DNA of 32,000 nt from assembly GCF_001457615.1 (NCBI RefSeq), contig NZ_LN831024.1, forward strand, positions 1,170,001-1,202,000. The letters are read 5' to 3'. The stretch comes from Pseudomonas aeruginosa. Its GTDB lineage: Bacteria; Pseudomonadota; Gammaproteobacteria; Pseudomonadales; Pseudomonadaceae. A program made the translations under genes and the position numbers. The notes beneath the pieces are model-generated. The model worked only from the letters and a program-made list of their open reading frames with translations, had not been told where the DNA came from and ran no database searches. Shown in pieces: positions 7,424 through 16,696 of the stretch (position 1 is its first letter; each line of letters opens with the position of its first letter).

Positions 7424-8785
7424 ATGCATATTCAATCGCTTCAGCAGAGTCCGTCTTTCGCCGTCGAATTGCACCAGGCCGCCAGTGGGCGTTTGGGACA
7501 GATTGAGGCCCGCCAGGTCGCCACCCCCAGTGAAGCGCAGCAGTTGGCCCAGCGCCAGGACGCGCCGAAGGGTGAGGGGCTGCTCGCTCGCCTGGGCGCG
7601 GCGCTCGTGCGTCCCTTCGTGGCGATCATGGACTGGCTGGGCAAACTGTTGGGCTCCCACGCCCGCACCGGGCCGCAGCCCAGTCAGGACGCGCAGCCTG
7701 CGGTCATGTCCTCGGCCGTCGTGTTCAAGCAGATGGTGCTGCAGCAGGCATTGCCCATGACCTTGAAGGGACTCGACAAGGCGAGCGAGCTGGCGACCCT
7801 GACACCGGAAGGACTGGCCCGGGAGCACTCCCGCCTGGCCAGCGGAGATGGGGCGCTGCGTTCGCTGAGCACCGCCTTGGCCGGCATTCGTGCCGGCAGC
7901 CAGGTCGAGGAGTCCCGTATCCAGGCTGGCCGCCTGCTCGAACGGAGCATCGGCGGGATCGCGCTGCAGCAGTGGGGCACCACCGGCGGTGCCGCGAGTC
8001 AACTGGTGCTCGACGCAAGCCCGGAACTGCGGCGCGAAATCACCGACCAGTTGCATCAGGTAATGAGCGAGGTCGCACTGTTGCGCCAAGCGGTAGAGAG
8101 CGAGGTCAGCAGAGTATCGGCCGACAAGGCGCTGGCGGATGGCCTGGTGAAGCGGTTCGGGGCGGATGCGGAAAAGTACCTGGGCAGACAGCCTGGTGGC
8201 ATCCACAGTGACGCCGAAGTGATGGCGCTTGGTCTCTACACCGGCATTCACTACGCGGACCTGAATCGCGCTCTGCGTCAGGGGCAGGAGCTGGATGCGG
8301 GACAAAAGCTGATCGACCAAGGTATGTCCGCGGCCTTCGAGAAGAGCGGACAGGCTGAACAGGTAGTGAAGACTTTCCGTGGCACCCGTGGCGGGGATGC
8401 CTTCAACGCCGTGGAAGAGGGCAAGGTTGGCCACGACGACGGCTATCTCTCCACCTCCCTGAACCCCGGTGTCGCGAGGAGCTTCGGGCAGGGCACGATA
8501 TCCACCGTGTTCGGCAGGTCCGGAATCGATGTCAGCGGGATATCGAACTACAAGAATGAAAAAGAGATTCTCTATAACAAAGAGACCGACATGCGCGTGC
8601 TGCTGAGCGCCAGCGATGAGCAGGGAGTGACCCGCCGGGTCCTCGAAGAGGCGGCCCTGGGGGAGCAGAGTGGCCATAGCCAGGGACTGCTCGATGCTCT
8701 CGACCTGGCAAGCAAACCGGAACGTTCAGGCGAGGTCCAGGAACAGGATGTACGCCTGAGGATGCGTGGCCTTGATCTGGCCTGA
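7424..8785 (+). CDS. exoS: type III secreted effector exoenzyme S (RhoGAP + ADP-ribosyltransferase)
   Basis: Translation from ATG 7424 gives 453 aa starting MHIQSLQQSPSFAVELHQ. GAP Arg146 (GDGALRSLS), ADPRT Glu379/Glu381 (NEKEILY), the 14-3-3 binding motif DALDL 424-428 and the membrane-localisation segment (LLARLGAALVRPFVAIMDWLGKLLG) are all present. Confidence 0.97.
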   Translation: MHIQSLQQSPSFAVELHQAASGRLGQIEARQVATPSEAQQLAQRQDAPKGEGLLARLGAALVRPFVAIMDWLGKLLGSHARTGPQPSQDAQPAVMSSAVVFKQMVLQQALPMTLKGLDKASELATLTPEGLAREHSRLASGDGALRSLSTALAGIRAGSQVEESRIQAGRLLERSIGGIALQQWGTTGGAASQLVLDASPELRREITDQLHQVMSEVALLRQAVESEVSRVSADKALADGLVKRFGADAEKYLGRQPGGIHSDAEVMALGLYTGIHYADLNRALRQGQELDAGQKLIDQGMSAAFEKSGQAEQVVKTFRGTRGGDAFNAVEEGKVGHDDGYLSTSLNPGVARSFGQGTISTVFGRSGIDVSGISNYKNEKEILYNKETDMRVLLSASDEQGVTRRVLEEAALGEQSGHSQGLLDALDLASKPERSGEVQEQDVRLRMRGLDLA

Positions 8786-8812
8786 CCGGTCGTAAAAGAA
8801 AGACGTCACGAA

Positions 8813-8838
8813 CGGACACCTTGGGGTGTCCGATTCTT
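8813..8838. terminator. hairpin between convergent exoS and rlmF
   Basis: cggacacc (8813-8820) pairs with ggtgtccg (8825-8832) around a ttgg loop, followed by attctt. Confidence 0.5.
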
Positions 8839-8874
8839 GGCTCGGCAGCGGATCTGGGTGGAGAGGCGTGCTGG

Positions 8875-9885
8875 CTATTCGCCCAGTGGTTCCAGGAGGG
8901 CTGCTGTCCAGCGCTCCTTGCGCCAGGCCCGGCGCTGCTTCTTGTCGAGGTAGGTCCAGGCGACGAAGCGGCTCTGCTTCTGTCCCTGGGCCATGTCCAC
9001 CACGCGGATATCGCTGGCGCCCAACGTCTTCAGGCGCTCCTGGAGGTTCGGCAGGTTGCTCGCCTTGGATACCAGGGTGGTGAACCAGAACACCTGCGTG
9101 GCGAACGCCCGGCTTTCCTCGGCCATGCCGGCCAGGAAGGCCGCTTCGCCGCCCTCGCAGTACAGCTCGGCGCCCTGGCCGCCAAAGTTCAGTAGCGGCA
9201 GGGTACGGGTCGGGTCGAGCTTGCCGAGGTTCTTCCACTTGCGCCGGCTGCCGCGCGTGGCTTCGTCCAGCGAGGCGTGGAAGGGCGGGTTGCAGAGGGT
9301 CATGTCGAAGCGCTCATCGACGCCGATCAGGCCCTGGAATATCTGCCTGCGATCAGGCTGCCGGCGCAACTCGATGGCAGCGGCGAAGCGTGGGTTGGCG
9401 GCGAGGATCGCAGCGGCCGAGGCCAGCGATTGCGGGTCGATGTCGGCGCCGACGAAGCGCCAGCCGTATTCGTGGTGGCCGAGCAGCGGGTAGATGCAGT
9501 TGGCTCCGGTTCCGACGTCCAGCGCACGCAGGCCGGGACCGCGTGGAATCAGGCCATCGTGGCTGGCGCCGAGCAGGTCGGCCAGGTAGTGCAGGTAGTC
9601 GGCGCGACCGGGAATGGGCGGGCACAGGTAACCATCGGGTATATCCCACTCGCGTACGTCGTAGAACTGTTGCAGCAGCGCGCGGTTGAAGGCTTTCACC
9701 GCCGCCGGATCGGCGAAGTCGATGCTCTGCCTGCCGTACGGATTGAGGATGACGAAGCGCTCCAGTTCCGGGCTGCCGGCGATCAGGCGCGGAAAGTCGT
9801 AGCGTCCCAGGTGGCGATTGCGCGGGTGCAGCGGGCTGGCGCTCTTGCGCTCGGCGTCGGGATGCGGGCTGGTCGGGCGGGGCAT
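8875..9885 (-). CDS. rlmF: 23S rRNA (adenine1618-N6)-methyltransferase RlmF
   Basis: '[17 protein letters not shown]...[18 protein letters not shown]' aligns with the E. coli RlmF N-terminus, and the SAM-MTase motif '[16 protein letters not shown]' is present. The start is ambiguous: ATG 9885 (chosen) or GTG 9924. Confidence 0.85.
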   Translation of the reverse strand: MPRPTSPHPDAERKSASPLHPRNRHLGRYDFPRLIAGSPELERFVILNPYGRQSIDFADPAAVKAFNRALLQQFYDVREWDIPDGYLCPPIPGRADYLHYLADLLGASHDGLIPRGPGLRALDVGTGANCIYPLLGHHEYGWRFVGADIDPQSLASAAAILAANPRFAAAIELRRQPDRRQIFQGLIGVDERFDMTLCNPPFHASLDEATRGSRRKWKNLGKLDPTRTLPLLNFGGQGAELYCEGGEAAFLAGMAEESRAFATQVFWFTTLVSKASNLPNLQERLKTLGASDIRVVDMAQGQKQSRFVAWTYLDKKQRRAWRKERWTAALLEPLGE

Positions 9886-9976
9886 GTTCTCGGTTTCCGT
9901 GACGGCGAGGCGGGCATTATTCACATCCGCCGGAGGCTGGCCAGTGTTTCTGCCGAGCGGCGCGCTCCTGGCCCGG

Positions 9977-11809
9977 TCACAATGGAAACAGCCACGGAAT
10001 CACCAGCACGCAGACGAACATCACCAGCAGGGTAAATGGCACGCCGATCCGGACGAAGTCTCCGAAGCGGTATTGGCCAGGGCCCAGCACCAGGGTGTTC
10101 ACCGGCGAGGAAATCGGCGTCATGAAGGCTGCCGAGGCCGCCACCGCCACCACCATGGCGAAGGGGTAGGGCGAGGCGCCGATCTGCTTGGCGGTGGCGA
10201 TGGCGATCGGCGCCATCAGCACCGCGGTAGCGGTGTTGGAGATGAACAGGCCGATGGCCGCGGTGAGCAGGAACAGGCTGGCCAGCAGCACGCGCGGGCC
10301 GGCGTCGCCGAGGGCGTCGACCAGCAGCGAGACCACCAGGTCGATACCGCCGGTCTTCTGCAGGGCCAGGGCGAAGGGCAGCATGCCGACGATCAGGACC
10401 AGGCTTTGCCAATGGATGGCGCGGTAGGCGCCGTCCATGTCGATGCAACGGAACAGGCCCATCAACAGGCAGCCGACCAGTGCCGCGACCACGTTGGGCA
10501 CCACCCCGCTGACCATCAGCGCCACCATCACGGCCAGGCTGAGCAGGGCGTGCGGCGCCTTGCTCAGGGCCGGCGCCACCTCGTCGATCTCCGCCGGCAG
10601 GCTGAGCACCAGGAAATCGCGGTTGCGTCCCTGCAACTGGCGGATCGCCTTCCAGGCGCCGATCACCAGCAGGGTATCGCCCAGGCGCAGCTTCTCTTCC
10701 AGCATGCCGTCGGTGAGCGCTTCGTGGTCGCGACGCAGGCCGACCACGTTGAGCCCGTACTGCGAACGGAAGCCCAGTTCCAGGACGCTCTTGCCGAGCA
10801 GGGTGGAGTCCGGCGGCAGAGTCACCTCGGCCATGCCGACCTCCCGCGACTGGTCGATGAAGTAGCTGGCGCGGAACGGCAGGCGCACCAGGTTCAGCTC
10901 GGCGCAGCGCCGGTCCATGTCCTCCGGAGGGGCGAAGACGTCCAGCAGCAACACGTCGCCCGCCTTCAGCTCGGTGCTGCCGCCGACCTTGACCACCTCG
11001 CTGTGGAACTTGCGTACCCGCTCCAGGCCGACCACGTTGGCGCCCAGGCGGGTGCGCAGTTGCAGTTCTTCCAGGGTGCTGCCGATCAACGGCGAGCCGA
11101 GCTGGACCTGCAGGCGCCGTTCGCGGCCGGCCAGGCGATAGTCGCGGATCAGGTCGCGCAGGGTCCGCCGTGCCTTCGGCGCGCCGACTTCCGCCGGGCT
11201 GGCGGCGTTCAGCCAGTTGCGCGTGAGCAGCATGTAGGCCACGCCGATGGCGAGCACCATGAGGCCTATCGGGGTGAAGGCGAAGAAGCCGAAGCCGGCA
11301 TGACCCTCGCGCGCCAGCTCGCTGTTGACCACCATGTTCGGTGGCGTGGCGACCAGGGTCATCATGCCGCTGATCAGTCCGGCGAAGGCCAGCGGCATCA
11401 TCAGCCGGCCCGGAGGGATCTTCAGCTTGGCGGCGATGCTCAGGACCACCGGGATGAAGATCGCCACCACCCCGGTGGAACTCATCACCGAGCCCAACCC
11501 GGCCACCGCCAGCATCAGCAGTACCAGCAGGCGCGCTTCGCTGCTGCCGGCGCGGGCGATCAGCCAGTCGCCGACCTGGTAGGCCACCCCGGTACGCACC
11601 AGGCCTTCGCCGATCACGAACAGCGCGGCGATCAGTATCACGCTGGGATCGCTGAAGCCGGCCAGGGCTTCGTTGAGGGTAAGGGTTCCGCTGACGCTGA
11701 AGGCCATGATCACCAGCAGGGCGATCACGTCCAGGCGCAGGCGGTTGTGGATGAAGAGGGCGACGGTGGTGGCGAGCAGGCCGACCACCCAGAGCAGTTC
11801 GAGGTTCAT
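9977..11809 (-). CDS. SLC13/DASS-family anion permease with two central TrkA-C domains (sodium:sulfate symporter-like)
   Basis: 610 aa. Hydrophobic N- and C-halves flank a soluble insert ([12 protein letters not shown]...; [12 protein letters not shown]...), which is typical of TrkA-C-containing SLC13 permeases. Confidence 0.85.
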   Translation of the reverse strand: MNLELLWVVGLLATTVALFIHNRLRLDVIALLVIMAFSVSGTLTLNEALAGFSDPSVILIAALFVIGEGLVRTGVAYQVGDWLIARAGSSEARLLVLLMLAVAGLGSVMSSTGVVAIFIPVVLSIAAKLKIPPGRLMMPLAFAGLISGMMTLVATPPNMVVNSELAREGHAGFGFFAFTPIGLMVLAIGVAYMLLTRNWLNAASPAEVGAPKARRTLRDLIRDYRLAGRERRLQVQLGSPLIGSTLEELQLRTRLGANVVGLERVRKFHSEVVKVGGSTELKAGDVLLLDVFAPPEDMDRRCAELNLVRLPFRASYFIDQSREVGMAEVTLPPDSTLLGKSVLELGFRSQYGLNVVGLRRDHEALTDGMLEEKLRLGDTLLVIGAWKAIRQLQGRNRDFLVLSLPAEIDEVAPALSKAPHALLSLAVMVALMVSGVVPNVVAALVGCLLMGLFRCIDMDGAYRAIHWQSLVLIVGMLPFALALQKTGGIDLVVSLLVDALGDAGPRVLLASLFLLTAAIGLFISNTATAVLMAPIAIATAKQIGASPYPFAMVVAVAASAAFMTPISSPVNTLVLGPGQYRFGDFVRIGVPFTLLVMFVCVLVIPWLFPL

Positions 11810-11927
11810 GCGGGCATCTGAGCGGGAGGATGCCTGCGAGTGTGGCAGACGGACGCGGATCGCGCCTTGATCTGCTGCAGGTCGACGGCGCCTCCCCGCT
11901 TCGCCGCGGAGAGGCGCCGCGGCCCTG

Positions 11928-12722
11928 TCAGCCGAGGAGGAGGGCGTCGTCGGCGAGCTTCTCGCCGCGCACCTTCTCGAACATCGCCAGCAGGTCCGGT
12001 ACGTCGAGGCCCTTGCGTTGCTCGCCGGAGACGTCCAGCACCACCTGGCCCTGGTGCAGCATCACCGTGCGCTCGCCCACGTCCAGCGCCTGGCGCATGC
12101 TGTGGGTGACCATCATGGTGGTGAGTTTCTTCTCGGCGACGATCCGTGCGGTGAGATGCAGGACGAAGTCGGCGGTGCGCGGGTCGAGCGCCGCGGTGTG
12201 TTCGTCGAGCAACAGGATACGCGACGGCTGCAGCGCCGCCATCAGCAGGCTGACGGCCTGGCGCTGGCCGCCGGAGAGCAGGCCGATGCGGTCGCCGAGG
12301 CGGTTCTCCAGGCCGAGGCCGAGGGTCGCCAGGCTTTCCCGGAAACCGTCGCGCATCGATGCCTGCACCGCCCTGCCGAGGCCGCGACCGGCACCGCGAC
12401 GCTGCGCCAGGGCCATGTTCTCCTCGATGGTGAGGTCCTCGCAGGTACCCGCCATGGGGTCCTGGAACACCCGCGCGACGCGGTTGGCGCGGGCCCAGAC
12501 CGGCTTGCGGGTGACGTCTTCGTCGTCGATCAGGATCTGCCCGCTGTCGATCGGCAGGTCGCCGGAGACTGCGTTGAGGAAGGTCGACTTGCCGGCGCCG
12601 TTGGAGCCGATCACGGTGACGAACTGGCCGGCCGGGATGTCCAGCGACAGGCCGCGCAGGGCGCGGGTCTCGATGGGGGTGCCGGGGTTGAAGGTGATCT
12701 TCAGGTTCTTCGCGCTGAGCAT
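11928..12722 (-). CDS. ABC transporter ATP-binding protein
   Basis: True start is ATG 12722 ([11 protein letters not shown]). Walker A is GSNGAGKST, the signature is LSGGQRQ, and Walker B is [12 protein letters not shown]. The long upstream extension in the track ORF is not coding. Confidence 0.9.
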   Translation of the reverse strand: MLSAKNLKITFNPGTPIETRALRGLSLDIPAGQFVTVIGSNGAGKSTFLNAVSGDLPIDSGQILIDDEDVTRKPVWARANRVARVFQDPMAGTCEDLTIEENMALAQRRGAGRGLGRAVQASMRDGFRESLATLGLGLENRLGDRIGLLSGGQRQAVSLLMAALQPSRILLLDEHTAALDPRTADFVLHLTARIVAEKKLTTMMVTHSMRQALDVGERTVMLHQGQVVLDVSGEQRKGLDVPDLLAMFEKVRGEKLADDALLLG

Positions 12723-12724
12723 GG

Positions 12725-13615
12725 TCAGGCTCCCTTCTTGCCGAGCAGGCGTTTCTTCATCATCGGAATCACCAGGGCGACGGTGACCAGCACCGCGGTG
12801 ACCAGGTTCAGGTCTTGGGCCTGCAAGCCGATGAAATCGCTGTTCAGCGCCAGGGCGATGAAGAAGCGGTAGACGATGGCACCGAGGATCACCGCGAGGG
12901 TCGCCAGGATCAGCCGGCGCGAGGGCAGGATGCTCTCGCCGACGATCACCGCCGCCAGGCCGATGACGATGGTGCCGATACCCATGGAGATATCGGCGCC
13001 GCCCTGGGTCTGCGCGAACAGCGCGCCGGCCAACGCCACCAGCGCGTTGGAGATGGCCATGCCGAGCAGGATCATGCCGCCGGTGTTGACCCCCTGGGCA
13101 CGGGCCATCCGCGGGTTGGAGCCGGTGGCGCGGATCGCCAGGCCTTTCTGGGTGGTGAAGAACCAGTCCAGCAGCAGCTTCGCGGCGATCACGATGAACA
13201 CCAGCAGCAGCGGGCGGAACACGTAGTCGCTGAGCCATTCCGGCTGCAGCAGGGTGAACAATGTCGGCTCGGCGATCAGCGGTACGTTGGGCTTGCCCAT
13301 GATGCGCAGGTTGATCGAGTAGAGCGCGATCATCATCAGGATGCTGGCGAGCAGGTCCATGATCTTCAGCTTGACGTTGAGCAGGCCGGTGGCCAGCCCG
13401 GCCAGTGCACCGGCGGCGGTGGCCGCCAGGGTCGCGCTGTACGGGTCCCAGCCAAGGGCGATGAGGGTCGCGCAGACCGCGCCGCCGAGCGGGAAGCTGC
13501 CGTCCACCGTGAGGTCGGGGAAGCGCAGCAGGCGGAAGGAGATGAATACGCCGAGTGCCACGAGGCTGAAGATCAGGCCGATCTCCAGGGCACCGAACAG
13601 GGAAAACAGAGACAT
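12725..13615 (-). CDS. ABC transporter permease
   Basis: 296 aa, polytopic and hydrophobic. It ends 2 nt before the ATPase start. Confidence 0.9.
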   Translation of the reverse strand: MSLFSLFGALEIGLIFSLVALGVFISFRLLRFPDLTVDGSFPLGGAVCATLIALGWDPYSATLAATAAGALAGLATGLLNVKLKIMDLLASILMMIALYSINLRIMGKPNVPLIAEPTLFTLLQPEWLSDYVFRPLLLVFIVIAAKLLLDWFFTTQKGLAIRATGSNPRMARAQGVNTGGMILLGMAISNALVALAGALFAQTQGGADISMGIGTIVIGLAAVIVGESILPSRRLILATLAVILGAIVYRFFIALALNSDFIGLQAQDLNLVTAVLVTVALVIPMMKKRLLGKKGA

Positions 13616-13657
13616 GACTTCGTAACCGAGTGCGTGAAGGCAGGATTATCGTGCCGT

Positions 13658-13686
13658 CCGGCCACGGGCGGGACGCCCGCGGCCGG
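13658..13686 (-). other. intercistronic GC-rich stem-loop in the ABC operon
   Basis: 12-bp stem with one mismatch (13658-13669 pairs with 13675-13686) and a 5-nt loop. It lies in the 83-nt gap between the binding-protein stop and the permease start. Confidence 0.5.
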
Positions 13687-13698
13687 CGGCCGCTTTTT

Positions 13699-14676
13699 TT
13701 ACTTGATGACTTCCGCGGCCGACTTGAGCAGTTCGTCGGACAGGGTCACGCCTTGCTTCTGCGCGGCCCCGGGATTGACGAACAGCTGCAGGTTGTCGCT
13801 GGTCTCCGGCTTGATCTCGCCCGGCTTCTCGCCCTTGAGGATGCGCACCACCATGCGGCCGGTCTGCTTGCCCATCTCCTTGTAGTTGATGCCGAGGGCG
13901 GCGATGGCGCCGCGCTTGACGCTGTCGGTGTCGGAGGCGATCAGCGGGATCTTCGCGTCGTTGCCGACCTTGACCAGCGCCTCGTAGGCGGACACCACGT
14001 TGTTGTCGGTGTTGGTGTAGATCGCGTCGACCTTGCCGACCAGGCTGCGCGCCGCCGAGCTGACGTCCACCGAACGCGGTGCCGAGGCTTCGACCAGGCT
14101 CAGGCCCATCTTCGGCAGCAGTTCCTTCAGCTCCTTGACCACCACCACGGAGTTGGCTTCGCCCGGGTTGTAGACCATGCCGATGCGCTTGGCGCCCGGC
14201 ACCACTTTCTTGATCAGCTCGATCTGCTTGTCCAGCGCGAGCATGTCGGAAACCCCGGTGACGTTGGTGCCGGAGGCTTCCCAGCTCGGCGTCAGGTGCG
14301 CGCCGACCGGGTCGGTGACGGTGCTGAAGACGATCGGGATGCTCTTGGTCGCGGCCACCAGCGCCTGGGCCGACGGAGTGGCGATGCCGACGATCACGTC
14401 GGGCTTGTCGCCGATGAACTTGCGGGCGATCTGCGCGGCGGTGCCGGTGTTGCCCTGGGCGCTCTGGTACTGCCACTTGAGGTTCTTGCCGTCTTCGTAG
14501 CCGGCCTCCTGGAGGGCCTCCTTGACCCCGTCGCGAGCGGCGTCCAGCGCCGGGTGCTCGACGATGGCGGTCACGGCCACCGACTTCTGCTCTTCGGCGT
14601 TGGCGCCGAAGGACAGGGCCATGCCAAGGGCCAGGGCACTGAGGGGCAACCATTTATTCTTATAGGCCTGCATCAT
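13699..14676 (-). CDS. ABC transporter periplasmic substrate-binding protein (ABC_sub_bind/BMP-like family)
   Basis: ATG 14676 is preceded by AGGAG. The signal peptide is MMQAYKNKWLPLSALALGMALSFGANA. It is the first gene of the 3-gene importer operon. Confidence 0.9.
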   Translation of the reverse strand: MMQAYKNKWLPLSALALGMALSFGANAEEQKSVAVTAIVEHPALDAARDGVKEALQEAGYEDGKNLKWQYQSAQGNTGTAAQIARKFIGDKPDVIVGIATPSAQALVAATKSIPIVFSTVTDPVGAHLTPSWEASGTNVTGVSDMLALDKQIELIKKVVPGAKRIGMVYNPGEANSVVVVKELKELLPKMGLSLVEASAPRSVDVSSAARSLVGKVDAIYTNTDNNVVSAYEALVKVGNDAKIPLIASDTDSVKRGAIAALGINYKEMGKQTGRMVVRILKGEKPGEIKPETSDNLQLFVNPGAAQKQGVTLSDELLKSAAEVIK

Positions 14677-15146
14677 GCGGCGATCTCCTGATTGTATTGG
14701 CGCGCTGTAGCGAATTGTTCTGATTGGGCGGTGCGGGTACAGCGTGGCCGAAACATCGCATTTTTCGCGCAAGTCGTCAGCAGGTTTGATGTTTTTTCTT
14801 GCGGTGGGATTACCGCTGGGGGGCAAGGGGGAGTGCCTGCCTTTGCGAAAATTCGATGAGGGCCCGCGTGGCCTCCGAACAGAAGGTCATCGGTTTCGAG
14901 CCCAACCAAAGATATGTGGCCAATTGATGGCCTTGTGGTACACGTCTCCCGAGTTGCAAGGACGCGTACCGCACCGCCTGCCTGGGAGCGGTGCTTTGCG
15001 CCCGGTCTGCGTGCCTGCCATGGGGGTGGGCTCTGGGGGATGCATGGTGGGGCGTTGGAGTGCGTGGATCGTCGCCGTGGCGATCTGTCTCATGGTCGGG
15101 GACGCGACCGCCGCTGGCTGGCGTTCGGCAAACTTCCGTGTCTATA

Positions 15147-15512
15147 GCGGCGCAGGCCTACAACCGTTACTCCTATGGCTGGAATAATCCGATCGCCAGT
15201 GTGGATCCGACAGGGTATGCGTTGGAGGAGATTTCTTCGTCCAAAAGTTGGTACTCGCCAGTTATTGATAATAGTTGGTTGTTCTTGAGCAACTTGTGGA
15301 TGGGGAATGGTCCGGAAAGTGGCTTCGAATTTAGCCTGGGCATTTTAAAAGGAGGGCTATCCTTTTCTCAGTCTATGTCATGGGTCAATCCAGTTGCCGG
15401 AGGTGTTCAATATCTTTCGAATAACTGGGCTTCTCAAGCTATTTGGGGTGAAGGGTTTAGTGAGTTAATATCTTATAAAAATATCGATCAGTGCTGGCGG
15501 TGGCTTGTTTGA
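15147..15512 (+). pseudogene. orphan Rhs-family fragment: end of the RHS core (…AYNRYSYGWNNPIASVDPTGY) plus the N-terminal half of the variable toxin tip; no start codon or SD
   Basis: Frame 0 is part of track ORF 14991..15512. The NxYxYxxNNPxxxxDPxG motif lies at 15159-15218. The G+C drop begins here. The upstream part of the ORF (14991-15146) is W/R/G-rich non-coding-looking sequence. The frame ends at TGA 15510-15512 after an A5 run. Confidence 0.55.
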
Positions 15513-16041
15513 TGTTGGCAGTGTCTTTCTTCCTGTCGGGCGCGCAATAGTTTCTGTAGGTTTTGACTTTATGTTCGGGGCCGTCTCGGGAGCGGAGCGC
15601 GGTCTAGGAGGGCGTGGTGGCCATAAATATGCTGCTGGTATACTTTCTGGGGGTAGTGGGAAAGCGTTCGCAGGGCACGGTAAATATGTTTTCGGTAGCG
15701 GGGATTTTTGGGTGCCTGATGGGCCGTACATAACTCTTCCAAGGCCTGGAATTAATATTCTGGATGAAACCGGTCGATTTATTGAATTGGGTGATTGGGC
15801 TGGTTTGGCGCAGGCTGCAAAAATTAATCCGAGACTTGCAGGTGATATTGAAGGCATGGCTACTTATTTGCCGCGTGCTGAGATTCCTAACTATACTCTA
15901 AGTGCTCCAGCTGCTAGAGGTCCAGCATTGCATATCGATGGAAACTCAACGACTGTTGAGTTCAGTACCCCCTTGGAAAAACTATTACAGCTTGGGATGG
16001 GATGCGTGCAGTGGGCTGCTTGTACAACATTTGCGAGGTAG
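15505..16041 (+). CDS. C-terminal toxin-tip domain of unknown function (GHG … WAAC), probably the frameshifted continuation of the preceding fragment
   Basis: The track ORF uses a TTG start without an SD. Frame 1 is already open from 15469. Removing one A from the A5 run 15477-15481 fuses the two frames (…ELISYK-ISISAGGGLFDVGSVF…). It ends at TAG 16039-16041, 7 nt before the next gene. Confidence 0.55.
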   Translation: MFDVGSVFLPVGRAIVSVGFDFMFGAVSGAERGLGGRGGHKYAAGILSGGSGKAFAGHGKYVFGSGDFWVPDGPYITLPRPGINILDETGRFIELGDWAGLAQAAKINPRLAGDIEGMATYLPRAEIPNYTLSAPAARGPALHIDGNSTTVEFSTPLEKLLQLGMGCVQWAACTTFAR

Positions 16042-16048
16042 GTGATTT

Positions 16049-16492
16049 ATGTATTTCCCAGACATGTCTTTTTATTCGTATTTTCTTTTGAGGCCGTTAG
16101 GTAGTGTAAGAAACATAGGTTGGTTAGGAAGAGGGCAGCAGTACTCCAGGGGGCGGGTAAGTTCTGGATTGCTTGATAAATTGAAGTTGATAATTATGTC
16201 GGAGGGGGCGGTTGATTTCCACGTTAATAGAGTAATGAGCGCACATGAGTGTGTAGTCGCTGGATGTCGGGATTTGTTCGTGGGAGATGTTGGTTTGGGT
16301 TTTTCTGAAATATGGATTCCTGGAGTTGAGAAAGGAGCATATTTTGCATCTCCTTCGTTGATACTTCATTATATTGAAGAGCATGATTATTGCCCTCCAC
16401 AGATGTATTCGGAGGCGGTGATGGCTGTTGATTTGGAAATTGGCTATAAAGCCCAGGAGGTATATGTGGGGCTTGTGGCTGGCCATTTTTAG
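16049..16492 (+). CDS. candidate cognate immunity protein
   Basis: 147 aa. The ATG is 7 nt after the toxin stop, with GAGG/AGGTGA upstream. It has the same low-GC, T-rich codon style. The motif is 'YFASPSLILHYIEEHDYCPPQMYSEAV'. Confidence 0.55.
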   Translation: MYFPDMSFYSYFLLRPLGSVRNIGWLGRGQQYSRGRVSSGLLDKLKLIIMSEGAVDFHVNRVMSAHECVVAGCRDLFVGDVGLGFSEIWIPGVEKGAYFASPSLILHYIEEHDYCPPQMYSEAVMAVDLEIGYKAQEVYVGLVAGHF

Positions 16493-16696
16493 ATTTATCG
16501 AGTCTTGCGGTTATTAGGTCTGTTCCAACCTATTGATAAGATTCTTCTGAAAGTTTTTCAGGCTTTAAGGGCCAAGCTAGGGTTCTTTGTCAATGAGGGG
16601 CTGGAAGGTTATGGGGAGGTCGGTCAGAAAAAGCATAAGTTTTTTTGGTTCAGTCAGGAAGTATGACGTGAAGGTTGAGCACCAGAGAGGGATGTG

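Noticed and set aside
14991-15146. N-terminal 52 codons of track ORF 14991..15512, which could be a real start for the Rhs-like protein.
   Set aside because: The GTG lies only 2 nt after a GGGAG, and the translation (MLCARSACLPWGWALGDAWWGVGVRGSSPW…) is Trp/Gly/Arg-rich nonsense in GC-rich DNA. The coding-looking sequence begins only at the Rhs core-end motif.
15174-15182. 9-bp direct repeat tatggctgg at 15174-15182 and 17182-17190, which could be a target duplication flanking the islet.
   Set aside because: The right copy lies ~130 nt inside the AT-rich tail rather than at the composition boundary. A single 9-mer match near two loosely defined junctions could be chance.
15044-15187. 47-codon ORF (MVGRWSAWIVAVAICLMVGDATAAGWRSANFRVYSG…) with a signal-peptide-like start that ends at the islet junction. 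It could be the 5' stub of a gene truncated by the insertion.
   Set aside because: Codon bias is only moderate, and I have no homolog in mind. It overlaps the Rhs-motif frame. It is worth a BLAST against islet-free strains, but the sequence alone does not support it.
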